37,004 nucleotides of DNA from a virus (IMGVR_UViG_3300048561_000081:1-37004), one strand, 5' to 3'; counted from the stretch's first letter, positions 25,157 to 33,470 are shown. Made by a program: numbers and translations. The notes: generated by a model not told the origin, from the letters alone.

Positions 25157-25468
25157 GTGTGCGCGTGTTGCCCCCTTGAATACGGTGACGGTTGTCTCCT
25201 GCACTGCTCGCGCTGCGGCGCTGCCGTGTGTTACGCGACGCCCAAGAACCCCCGGGCGCGCAAGGCCGTCTACGACCACAACAACGCCAAGCTCGTCTGC
25301 GCGGAGTGCTGGGAATCCAACGCCCCCGTCATCGCCAGGCAGCTCGTCTCCTGGGGCGGAACCGATGGTCCACAGAATGCGCAGAACGCACAGATGCCTG
25401 ATTCTCCTCTGTGCCCCTCTGTGTCATCCGTGGACAAACCCCCTTCGGAGCAATTGCTCCTGTTCTAG
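25157..25468 (+). CDS. Cys-rich Zn-finger protein
   Basis: CACC, CSRC, CAEC; GGAG RBS; 3' part contains 9-10-nt repeats. Confidence 0.55.
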   Translation: MCACCPLEYGDGCLLHCSRCGAAVCYATPKNPRARKAVYDHNNAKLVCAECWESNAPVIARQLVSWGGTDGPQNAQNAQMPDSPLCPSVSSVDKPPSEQLLLF

Positions 25469-25520
25469 TGTGTAGCGCGGCGCGGCCGCGGACAACCGAA
25501 GTTGGATTGGTTTTTTCGGC

Positions 25521-26045
25521 ATGGAGGCCGAGACAGTGAACGGGGAAATGCACGCCGACGCCGAACTCCTCCGCCAGCTCATCGAAGATGGCGCCGCATG
25601 CCGCGATGGTTGCGGCCTCACGGTGAAGCGCATCGCCTACTGGATGCAGCTCGCGCCCGCCACCATCTACGACTACATGTCCGGCCGGCTGACGATCCCG
25701 GTGCGCTTCTGGCGCACGGTTTTTCACCACTGCCCGGATCCCCGAATCCTGGCGCTGATCCTCGGGGAGAGCAACTGCGAGATCATCCTCGGCGACAAAG
25801 TTCCCGACCTGCGCAGCAATGCCGCTTCGTACGTCGCCGCGCTGAACGTCGCCGGCGAATTTCACGAGCAGCAGAAGCGCTTCGTTTCCATCGTGAAGGA
25901 TGGGCGCATCGACGAGGCGGACACTGACGACGTCGTTGCCTACGACCGCGCCTATCAGAACGCTCGCGTGCAGAACGCCGCCATTCACCGCGCGGTGATA
26001 TCCGCGTTCAACAGCCGCACCACTTCGAAGGGAGGCGCCGCATGA
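25521..26045 (+). CDS. Phage regulatory protein, CII-like
   Basis: HTH TVKRIAYWMQLAPATIYDYMSG and C-terminal AGEF...IVKDGRIDEAD motif. Confidence 0.7.
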   Translation: MEAETVNGEMHADAELLRQLIEDGAACRDGCGLTVKRIAYWMQLAPATIYDYMSGRLTIPVRFWRTVFHHCPDPRILALILGESNCEIILGDKVPDLRSNAASYVAALNVAGEFHEQQKRFVSIVKDGRIDEADTDDVVAYDRAYQNARVQNAAIHRAVISAFNSRTTSKGGAA

Positions 26046-26239
26046 GTCGCCTGACTGTGATCGGCCTGATGTTGTTGGGTTTGATCTTCGTGTTGCTGGT
26101 CTGGCATCTGCTCCGCACCGCGGCCTGGACGGCCTGCGCCGACGATCGCGTTACCGCGGCGGAAGACGACGCCTACCACTGCGGCCGGCGCAATTGTCCG
26201 CTGTGCCCGTCCGAGGCCAAACAGGAGATTTCCCAATGA
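26042..26239 (+). CDS. Small membrane protein
   Basis: GGAGG RBS, ATGA overlaps, one TM helix, CGRRNCPLC. Confidence 0.65.
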   Translation: MSRLTVIGLMLLGLIFVLLVWHLLRTAAWTACADDRVTAAEDDAYHCGRRNCPLCPSEAKQEISQ

Positions 26240-26817
26240 CGTCCCCTGCAGCCTGCAGCCGACCATGTCCTGCAGACATGATCCCTCAAGCCCGTTCTGC
26301 CGACGGCCAGCCGCTTGCGGTCGGGCTCAGCGTGTGGATCGCCCACGGCGGCATCGATTCGCGCACCGGCCAGATCAAGACGGTGCGTGGTCGCATCACC
26401 CGCATCTATCCGCCTTCGGGCCGGCTGGTTGTCGCACGCGACGACACGGGCGCGCGCGCTCATGGCAGCGCCGCCGGTTGCTACGTGCTGGCGCCGCCGA
26501 TGATCCGCCGCGTCACCACCGAGCATCAGCTCCGCCGGCTCGTGTGCGGCGACGACGAATGTCGCGTGTGCACCGGCATCATCGCGCGCAGTGACATCGT
26601 GATGCACCAGGTTCCCGGCACGTGCAAGGCGGTCGCTTACCTGCGCTGCATGCACTGCGGCTTCCGTGCGATGGGGGAGTGGAACTACCAGGACGGCATC
26701 TGGCAGCCTGGTCACGTACTCGAGCTTGGCGCCGACGCGCCGGCCGATCGTCGCGCGTGGTTCGATCGAGCAATCAGCGAAGCCCGCGAGCTCGCCACCC
26801 GAAGGGACGTTGCCTGA
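26236..26817 (+). CDS. Hypothetical protein with CxxC pairs
   Basis: AGGAG RBS, ATGA overlap; CRVC and CMHC. Confidence 0.65.
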   Translation: MTSPAACSRPCPADMIPQARSADGQPLAVGLSVWIAHGGIDSRTGQIKTVRGRITRIYPPSGRLVVARDDTGARAHGSAAGCYVLAPPMIRRVTTEHQLRRLVCGDDECRVCTGIIARSDIVMHQVPGTCKAVAYLRCMHCGFRAMGEWNYQDGIWQPGHVLELGADAPADRRAWFDRAISEARELATRRDVA

Positions 26818-26827
26818 AGCCTGAACT

Positions 26828-28996
26828 ATGAACGCTCTCGCATCCAACCTGCAGCCGCAAGTCCTGACCCTTCCCGGCGATGAAGCCGGCGAATGGGTAC
26901 ACGCCGCCATGCTCGGCGTGGGTGATCGCCAGGTACGTCGCATCGCCGAAAAGCTCGATGGCCTGAAGGCGGTTCGCAAGAACAATGGCGAATTCTTCTT
27001 TCGTCGCAACCACCCCGACATCGCCGCCCGCGTGAGGCAGGCTCACCGCGATCGATCGTACGAAGCCGAATCGCTGGCCGGCCTGACGGCCAAGCAGATC
27101 GACCAGGCCCGCGCGAAGTTGAAGGTGCTCGACGCCGCCGGCATCGAGATCCCCAAGCGGGTGGAGACGGCCCGTTGCGGCCGCGTCGACGCGGCCAAGT
27201 GGTTCTGCAGCGTGTTCCTCCCGGCTTCCGACTTGGGTTTCCCCAACGGCGTCCCCGTGCAGACGTTCTACCGCTGGGAGAAGCGGGCCAGGACGGCGCC
27301 GGAGTTCCGCCTGCGCAGCCTGGTCGATGTCCGCGGCCGTACCACAAGCCTCAAGCCCCAAGCCTCAGGCCGTTCTGCCGAGGCCTGGGACTACTTCAAG
27401 CATCTGTACCTCGACCCGCGCAAGCCGGGTATCCAGACCTGCTACGAACTCACGGCGCAGAAGGCCGCAGAGCAGCAGTGGTCCTGGCCGGCGTACAACA
27501 CGATCTGCCGGGCAGTGCGCGACGAGATCCCGAAGGCAACGCAGGTGCTGTTCCGCGAAGGCCGTAAAGCGTTCGAGTCCACCTGCGTGCCGCGCGTGCG
27601 GCGCAGCTTCGATCACCTGGCCACGCATGACACCTGGTGCGCGGACGAATCGACGCTCGACTTCTACTGCCGCTGCCCGGACGGCAAGGGCGGCTGGAAA
27701 CGCATCCGCCCGATTCTCACGGCCTGGCTGGACATCCGCTCGCGCTACTTTGTCGGCTGGCACATTTCCGACCGTGCCAACTCCGACACGATCGTTTGTG
27801 CATTCAAGCGCGGGGTACAGGCCTTCGGACCTCCCCGCGAAGTTCTGTGTGACAACGGCGCGGACTACAAGGCCGTCGCCGGCCGCTCCCGGAAGTGGGC
27901 GTCCTTCGATGAAGGGCACCTCACCAACCTGTACAAGGAACTCGGCGTCGAGTGCCGTTGGGCAATTCCCTATGAGCCCTGGGCGAAGATGATCGAGTCG
28001 CACTTCCGCACGGTGCACGAGCACCACGACAAGCTGTGGGACACCTACTGCGGCGGCAAGCCTGAGGATCGCCCCGAGGGCGTCGTGGGCCTGGCCCTGA
28101 CGGCGCTGCCCACGATCGACGAAGTCCGCACGCGCTTCGCCGAGTGGCTCGAAGCGCATCACGCCCGCCCGCAGTCCGGCGACGGCATGTGCAACCTCGC
28201 GCCGGCGCAGGCGCTGGAGCAGTTCCGTGGCGCCTCGGTCCGGCAGAAGCCGGATGAGGCGATGCTCGACTTCCTGTGCGCCAAGGTCACCAAGCCGGTG
28301 AGCGTGACGCGCGACGGCGTGCGTCACAACGGTATCCACTATGGCCAGGGACAGGACGCGTTGCTCCGCCGCCTGGGCGAGAAGGTTCTGCTGCGCGTTC
28401 CTCCCGAGCGTGCCGATTATGTCGACGTGTGCGAACTGGACGGCCGGCCGATCTGCCGCGCGACGGAGGATCGCCTGCGCGGCGTGGATCCCGCGGACAT
28501 TCGCACGGCGATGAGCCGGCGTAAGCACGCGCGTGCAATCGCCAGGGAAGCCGCGGTCGAGAGCCCGTACGCCGGAAAGTACGGCGATGTGCAAGCCGCA
28601 GTGAAAGCGATGCAGAACCGCCGCAAGGCCGAGATCGTGGATCTGCCGCCGCCGCCCGCGCCGAAGATCGTCCAGGCGACGCGCCCGGACCTGGCCGCGG
28701 ACGTTGCTCGACTGCATTCCGAGGCCCCTTCGAAGCCCGTTCGTGAGGAGCCCGAAAGGCCTTCGTTGTTCAGTGCGGAGGACATTGCCGCGGCGCTGCA
28801 GTTCCCCCTGCAGGACGTTGCCGTTCCCACCGCGGCGCGAGGCGAACGATTGTTCAGCGATGACGACATCGCGTCGGCGCTGCACATGCCGGATTACCCC
28901 GTGGCGGCGGCGGACGTGCCGGTCGCTGATGATGAAGTGGAGTCTTTTGACGCACTCGGTTGGGCGGACCATGAACCCGAAAGACGGCGGGCCTGA
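26828..28996 (+). CDS. Mu-type DDE transposase (MuA-like)
   Basis: HTH VQTFYRWEK; catalytic WCAD, LCDNGADY, KMIES; Mu C-terminal VTRDGVRHNGIHY domain. Confidence 0.93.
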   Translation: MNALASNLQPQVLTLPGDEAGEWVHAAMLGVGDRQVRRIAEKLDGLKAVRKNNGEFFFRRNHPDIAARVRQAHRDRSYEAESLAGLTAKQIDQARAKLKVLDAAGIEIPKRVETARCGRVDAAKWFCSVFLPASDLGFPNGVPVQTFYRWEKRARTAPEFRLRSLVDVRGRTTSLKPQASGRSAEAWDYFKHLYLDPRKPGIQTCYELTAQKAAEQQWSWPAYNTICRAVRDEIPKATQVLFREGRKAFESTCVPRVRRSFDHLATHDTWCADESTLDFYCRCPDGKGGWKRIRPILTAWLDIRSRYFVGWHISDRANSDTIVCAFKRGVQAFGPPREVLCDNGADYKAVAGRSRKWASFDEGHLTNLYKELGVECRWAIPYEPWAKMIESHFRTVHEHHDKLWDTYCGGKPEDRPEGVVGLALTALPTIDEVRTRFAEWLEAHHARPQSGDGMCNLAPAQALEQFRGASVRQKPDEAMLDFLCAKVTKPVSVTRDGVRHNGIHYGQGQDALLRRLGEKVLLRVPPERADYVDVCELDGRPICRATEDRLRGVDPADIRTAMSRRKHARAIAREAAVESPYAGKYGDVQAAVKAMQNRRKAEIVDLPPPPAPKIVQATRPDLAADVARLHSEAPSKPVREEPERPSLFSAEDIAAALQFPLQDVAVPTAARGERLFSDDDIASALHMPDYPVAAADVPVADDEVESFDALGWADHEPERRRA
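27346..27366. repeat. Three heptamers AAGCCTC-AAGCCCC-AAGCCTC in frame inside the transposase
   Basis: 21 bp, encodes SLKPQAS. Confidence 0.9.
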
Positions 28997-29069
28997 CGGC
29001 GGCGGCGCTTGGATGCCGCAGAAGCCGCAACAGCCTGACACATTTGATCTGCTCGGCCAGGAGGGCCAG

Positions 29070-30170
29070 ATGGCAAAGTCGACACGGATGTCGCAACCCG
29101 GTGAAGTTCTCAGTCCCGAAAAGCGCACCGAGATCATCGCCCGCTTCACGGAGTACGTGAAGGTCAAGGGCATCAAGCGCGCCGACGTCTGCCGCCAGAT
29201 CGGCATCGAGAGCCCCACGCTCAGCGAGATCCTCCGCGGCGTGTACAAGGTCGCGCCCGAGACGCTCGACGCACACCTGCGCCAGCTCAACAACTGGGTC
29301 GAGATCGACAGCCGGCGGGACAACCTGCTCGCCAATCGCGACTACGTCGAAACGACCATCGCCCGGAAGATCATCACCGCCGCGGAGTATGTGATCGAGA
29401 CGTGCGGCATGGGCGCCGTGTGGGGCCCCGCGCGCATCGGCAAGACGTTTACACTGGAGGCGATCGCCAGGGAGGAGCGTTACGGCCATCCGCTGTTGTT
29501 CCGCGTCAACGCCGCCCACGCCAGCGCCATTCGTGTTTGCCGCATGATGTGCGCCCAGCTCGGGCTTGCCGCCATGTCCGCGTTCGATGTCGTGTATCGC
29601 AACCTGATCAAGCACCTGAAGGGCACGCGCAAGCTGCTGATGTTCGATGAGGCGGACCGTTGCGACTACAAGGCGCTGGAGTTCATCCGCGACGTGCACG
29701 ACGAAACCGGCTGCCCGGTCCTGCTGGCCGGCAAGCCGACGATCTATCAGAAGCTCGGCTTTCGCGAGATGGGGTCATTTCGCGAGGTGACCGACCAGCT
29801 CGCCGGCCGCATCGTGATTCGGTGCGACCTGACGGAGCACACGCGCACCAAGAACGGCAAGCCGCGCCCGCTCTACACGATCGACGACATCCGCAAGATC
29901 ATCGCCATGGGCAACTTCAAATTGCACGTGACGCGCGATGCGGAGGATTGGCTGCAGGATCGCGCCTCCAGCCTGGGCATGGGCGGCATCGGTCGCGCCA
30001 AGAGCCTGCTGTTCCTGGCGGCGAAGGTGGCAGCGCGCAAGGGCATGCACGAACTCACCGCGCAGCACCTCGCGGAAATGGAAGAGAACCTGATCGGCTC
30101 GGAAGAGTCGAGCGACATGAGCAAGCACCTTTCGACTCAGGAAGGTCTGCAGATTCGCAAGCTGGCGTAG
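29070..30170 (+). CDS. Transposition AAA+ ATPase (MuB-like) with N-terminal HTH
   Basis: AGGAGG RBS; RADVCRQIGIESPTLSEILRG; Walker A GPARIGKT; Walker B LLMFDEAD. Alternative starts 28971/29013. Confidence 0.92.
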   Translation: MAKSTRMSQPGEVLSPEKRTEIIARFTEYVKVKGIKRADVCRQIGIESPTLSEILRGVYKVAPETLDAHLRQLNNWVEIDSRRDNLLANRDYVETTIARKIITAAEYVIETCGMGAVWGPARIGKTFTLEAIAREERYGHPLLFRVNAAHASAIRVCRMMCAQLGLAAMSAFDVVYRNLIKHLKGTRKLLMFDEADRCDYKALEFIRDVHDETGCPVLLAGKPTIYQKLGFREMGSFREVTDQLAGRIVIRCDLTEHTRTKNGKPRPLYTIDDIRKIIAMGNFKLHVTRDAEDWLQDRASSLGMGGIGRAKSLLFLAAKVAARKGMHELTAQHLAEMEENLIGSEESSDMSKHLSTQEGLQIRKLA

Positions 30171-30177
30171 GGATGCA

Positions 30178-30759
30178 ATGACCGCACGGATGCGGAAATC
30201 AGGGCCAAACCCCGAGGGCACAGAGCAAGGGAATTCTCTGCGCCCTCTTTCTCCGTTACCTCCGTTATCTCCTGTTGGAACTCCCAATCCCCATCGCGCC
30301 GGCGATTGCTACGTCATGCCCGGCGAGGATGGCCATTGGCGCATCAAGCTCACCCTCGTGCGTGATTGTGGCAATGGCGCCGGTGTGTTCACTCTGGAAG
30401 ACGGAACGCGCGTGGAGTTCCTCTTCGCCAACGTCCGGCGCGTCGGCCTCGCTCGCGACCTGGTCGCGGAAGATGCCGCCGAATCCGCCGCCGTCGAGCG
30501 TCGCCTGCGCACCACGCGCAGCCGCGCCACGCATCGCCAGCGACAGAATCGTGGGATCAACCCGGCGCAGGTGCGCGCCATCATCGCCGCCGGCAAGGCA
30601 CGCGGCTTCACTGTCGAGGATCTCCGCGGCTTCACGTCGCAACACTCCATCAGCAAGCTCACCATCGCGGAGGCGAGTGCCCTCCTCGATCGCTTGAATG
30701 ATCGTTCCACAAGCCCCAAGCCTCAAGCCTCAGGCCCCGATAGCAAGGAGACCACATGA
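30178..30759 (+). CDS. Protein with C-terminal GemA (Mu gp16)-like domain
   Basis: AQVRAIIAAGKARGFTVEDLRG....SISKLTIAEASALLDRL; N-terminus repeat-derived, start uncertain. Confidence 0.55.
   Translation: MTARMRKSGPNPEGTEQGNSLRPLSPLPPLSPVGTPNPHRAGDCYVMPGEDGHWRIKLTLVRDCGNGAGVFTLEDGTRVEFLFANVRRVGLARDLVAEDAAESAAVERRLRTTRSRATHRQRQNRGINPAQVRAIIAAGKARGFTVEDLRGFTSQHSISKLTIAEASALLDRLNDRSTSPKPQASGPDSKETT
30707..30738. repeat. Heptamer array CCAC-AAGCCCC-AAGCCTC-AAGCCTC-AGGCCCC
   Basis: 30707-30736 matches 27342-27371 at 28 of 30 positions. Confidence 0.9.
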
Positions 30760-31076
30760 CCCGACCCGTGCTCAAGAGCCAGCACCGCGCCCAGCGCGAC
30801 CGCCGCAAGAAGTCGTTGCACCGCTTCGCCGATCGCGGGATGCGGATGTTTGACGAGTTCCTCGGCGACTTCGATACCGAGATCACGGTGCATGAGTCGC
30901 CGTGCACCCAGCGCGCCTACGTGCGCATCTGGAGCAACCAGCGCGGCAACCGCAACAAGTACGTGCCGCTGAAGATCAACGTCCCGCAGGCCAAACGCTG
31001 CATCGCGGCATTGCAGCAATTCGTCGCCCTGGCCGAAGCCGGTGCCTTGCATGCGCCGGCCGGAGCAATGTCATGA
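30756..31076 (+). CDS. Hypothetical protein
   Basis: AAGGAG RBS, ATGA overlaps at both ends. Confidence 0.7.
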   Translation: MTRPVLKSQHRAQRDRRKKSLHRFADRGMRMFDEFLGDFDTEITVHESPCTQRAYVRIWSNQRGNRNKYVPLKINVPQAKRCIAALQQFVALAEAGALHAPAGAMS

Positions 31077-31909
31077 GCAACGACAACTACGCGGCCGATG
31101 CTCGCGCGGACGTCAACCAGGACGGCCTGGTCAACGGCGCCGACATCCTCGCGATCCGCTCGCCGGACAATTGGAACAAGCCCGTGCGGCCGACCGATGT
31201 GCCTCAGCCGCCGCCGGCTGAACGCCAGCGGATCGTATATGCGGGCACCGACCAGGACGCCTGCGCGTTGGACGTGCGCGCGAGCAACCGCCTGGTGCAA
31301 AGCGCCGACATCACCAGCACGTCCCACGGCGTGATGAACTCCGCGGCCTGGAAGACGGCGGGCCTCACCCTGCGCGATTGCCTGATCGAGACGATCGGCT
31401 ACGGCATCTACTCCGAATGCGAGGGCCTCAGCATTCTGGGCTCGCGGATCCATGCACAGCTTCGCGACCCGATTCGCATTGCGGGTGGGCGCAGCATCCT
31501 GGTCCAGGATTGCCAGATCGACCCGGTGTCCGCGGCCGTCGCCGTCCGCGTGCACGACAACGCGCGCGACGTCATGTTCCACCGCGTGAAATTTCGCAAC
31601 GCGAATCCGTGGTGTGCCGATCTCGGCGAGCAGTACCGCGGTGCCGGCGGCGTGGTCAACAACGTCATTTTCGTGGACTGCGAATTCCAGGCTTGCCCGC
31701 AGACGGTGATGGCCGTGCGCGTGCGCGCGCAAAACGTGGTGGTGCGCAATTGCCGCGGCATCGGCTTCGACAAGGCCCTGCCTGGTGCGGTCCTGGTTTC
31801 GGTGGAACGCCATTCGTGCGACCCCATCGGCTGTCGCATCGAAGGTTGCTCGATCGATGGCAACAAGCAGCTCGTCGGCCAGCGTTGGTCCGATACGGTC
31901 GTTGTGTAG
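31073..31909 (+). CDS. Beta-helix protein with N-terminal dockerin/EF-hand-like motif
   Basis: ADVNQDGLVNGADILAI; helix rungs LTLRDCLIE, ILVQDCQID, VIFVDCEF, VVVRNCRG. Confidence 0.72.
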   Translation: MSNDNYAADARADVNQDGLVNGADILAIRSPDNWNKPVRPTDVPQPPPAERQRIVYAGTDQDACALDVRASNRLVQSADITSTSHGVMNSAAWKTAGLTLRDCLIETIGYGIYSECEGLSILGSRIHAQLRDPIRIAGGRSILVQDCQIDPVSAAVAVRVHDNARDVMFHRVKFRNANPWCADLGEQYRGAGGVVNNVIFVDCEFQACPQTVMAVRVRAQNVVVRNCRGIGFDKALPGAVLVSVERHSCDPIGCRIEGCSIDGNKQLVGQRWSDTVVV

Positions 31910-31926
31910 GGTGGGCACCGCCCACC
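31906..31926 (+). repeat. REP-like family C (GTAG-GGTGGGC-ACC-GCCCACC)
   Basis: GTAG plus palindrome, the classic REP architecture; its TAG is the stop of 31073..31909. Confidence 0.9.
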
Positions 31927-31941
31927 ATGGAGAGAAACCCA

Positions 31942-32952
31942 ATGCCACGCAAGGCAAGGTTCATCATTCATCATTCATCATTCATCATTCTCGCGGCGAC
32001 GACGCTCGCCGCCGCGCAGCTCCCGCGCATGACTGCGACGCCGGCGCCGGTCGAACGCGACGTATACACCATGGCCGACCTGGTCGCGGCCATGAGCACG
32101 CGCGACGCGGACCTGGTCGTGCGCCTGCATAGTCGATTGTCGATAGGTAACCGCGGCGGCGGAGCCGGCTGGGAATTCAATATCCCCGGGCGGACCATCG
32201 TCGTGCAGGCCGATCCGGGCGCGGGCTTCGACTTCGCTCCGTACGTGACCGCCTGGCCGGCCGCGTTCGATCCCAACGGGCTCGGCTTCAACTGCCAGAA
32301 CCTGGAGTTACGCGGGCTTTGGGTTGGGAATTACCAAGGCTCAGGCGCGGCGATCAAGCTGGACATCCTCGGCACGGCAACGATTGAAAACTGCCACGCG
32401 GAGAATGTCAGCTCCACCTTGCGGGCGCAGCGCCCGGATGGCGATCGCGGCGTTGCCGCGGTCTACGGCCATCGCGTGGGCAAGCTCGCCACACGCGGCA
32501 ACACCTTCAAGAACTGCTGCACCAGCCACCAGTCCTGGGCACATGTGTACTACATCCGCGCCACCGGCTCGATCGACGTAGACGACGCGTGGTACGACGG
32601 CTGCAATTCACCGTGGGCGCTCATTGGGGAAAAGCCAGACGTGACGATATCCGCGCACGTGCAATGGGTGCGCGGGGAGATCAATACGTGGGACCGCGGC
32701 ATGGACGCGCCGGCCAAGCAGATCCCGCCAGTACTCGCGACGCTGCGCGGCGGTCGCGGCGTGTGGACCGTGGACCACGTGCTCGGCTCCTGGGACTACC
32801 TTTGGAATGTCGCTCCGGAGGACTTTGACCCGGCACGCCACCGAACCCACGCGGACACCTCGCAGGCCACGCTGCAGCAGGGCCTCGCGATCTGGCTGAA
32901 TCACGGCAATTACAGCGCGTCGCAATGGAAGGCCGCGGGCTTCGAACGTTGA
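31942..32952 (+). CDS. Putative secreted beta-helix protein
   Basis: GGAGAG RBS; signal-like MPRKARFII...LAATTLAAA; rungs LELRGL, TIENCH, RGNTFKNC, HVYYI. Confidence 0.65.
   Translation: MPRKARFIIHHSSFIILAATTLAAAQLPRMTATPAPVERDVYTMADLVAAMSTRDADLVVRLHSRLSIGNRGGGAGWEFNIPGRTIVVQADPGAGFDFAPYVTAWPAAFDPNGLGFNCQNLELRGLWVGNYQGSGAAIKLDILGTATIENCHAENVSSTLRAQRPDGDRGVAAVYGHRVGKLATRGNTFKNCCTSHQSWAHVYYIRATGSIDVDDAWYDGCNSPWALIGEKPDVTISAHVQWVRGEINTWDRGMDAPAKQIPPVLATLRGGRGVWTVDHVLGSWDYLWNVAPEDFDPARHRTHADTSQATLQQGLAIWLNHGNYSASQWKAAGFER
31960..31990. repeat. Perfect tandem repeat (TTCATCA)x4 + TTC
   Basis: Read directly; lies in the signal-peptide coding region. Confidence 0.95.
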
Positions 32953-32953
32953 C

Positions 32954-32978
32954 GTGTGCCACTGCTGTGGCAGCAGTG
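32954..32978 (+). repeat. REP-like hairpin family A, copy 6 (GTGTGC-CACTGCTG-TGG-CAGCAGTG)
   Basis: Intergenic, followed by inverted heptamers CTTGAGG-CTTGGGG. Confidence 0.93.
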
Positions 32979-32999
32979 GTCTTGAGGCTTGGGGAAACC

Positions 33000-33470
33000 A
33001 TGAAGATCTACGTTGCATCCAGTTGGCGAAATTACCTGCAACAGGGCATGGTCCATGCGCTGCGGTCCGTGGGCCACACCGTCTACGATTACCGCAACCC
33101 GCGACCGGGTGATAAGGGGTTTTCCTGGGCGTCGATCGACCCGGACTGGCGCAACTGGACGCCCGCGCAACATGTCGCTGCGTTGGCGCACCCGATTGCC
33201 GAAGCGGGTTTCAAGAACGACATGGATGCCTTGCGGGATTGCGATGGATGCGTCCTGGTTTTGCCATGCGGGCGCAGCGCACACCTCGAACTTGGTTGGG
33301 CTGTCGGTGCGGGGAAGCGCACGTGTGTGCTTGAGCCCGAGCCTTGCGAGGCGGAGTTGATGTACGCGATGTCCGACAAAATCTGCACCGAGTTCAGAGA
33401 TGTGCTGGATTTCTTCGGCTATCCAAACATCGACGTGGAACCGTCGGATGACCTGCAGCCTGGAGCCTGA
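33000..33470 (+). CDS. Nucleoside 2-deoxyribosyltransferase-like protein
   Basis: KIYVASSW, DMDALRDCDGCVLVL, GRSAHLELGWAVGAGKR motifs. Confidence 0.75.
   Translation: MKIYVASSWRNYLQQGMVHALRSVGHTVYDYRNPRPGDKGFSWASIDPDWRNWTPAQHVAALAHPIAEAGFKNDMDALRDCDGCVLVLPCGRSAHLELGWAVGAGKRTCVLEPEPCEAELMYAMSDKICTEFRDVLDFFGYPNIDVEPSDDLQPGA

Noticed and set aside
24465-25475. 336-aa + ORF
   Set aside because: Runs through hairpins and tandem repeats; two Cys-rich ORFs with RBSs in another frame explain the region better
27365-29335. 656-aa - strand ORF
   Set aside because: Antisense to transposase and ATPase, which have clear catalytic motifs
31378-31941. N-terminal extension of ORF 31378..32952
   Set aside because: Overlaps 31073..31909 in another frame; RBS and signal peptide start at 31942
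3147-32978. 25-nt palindromic repeats as a CRISPR array
   Set aside because: Dispersed over 30 kb with no regular spacers and no cas genes
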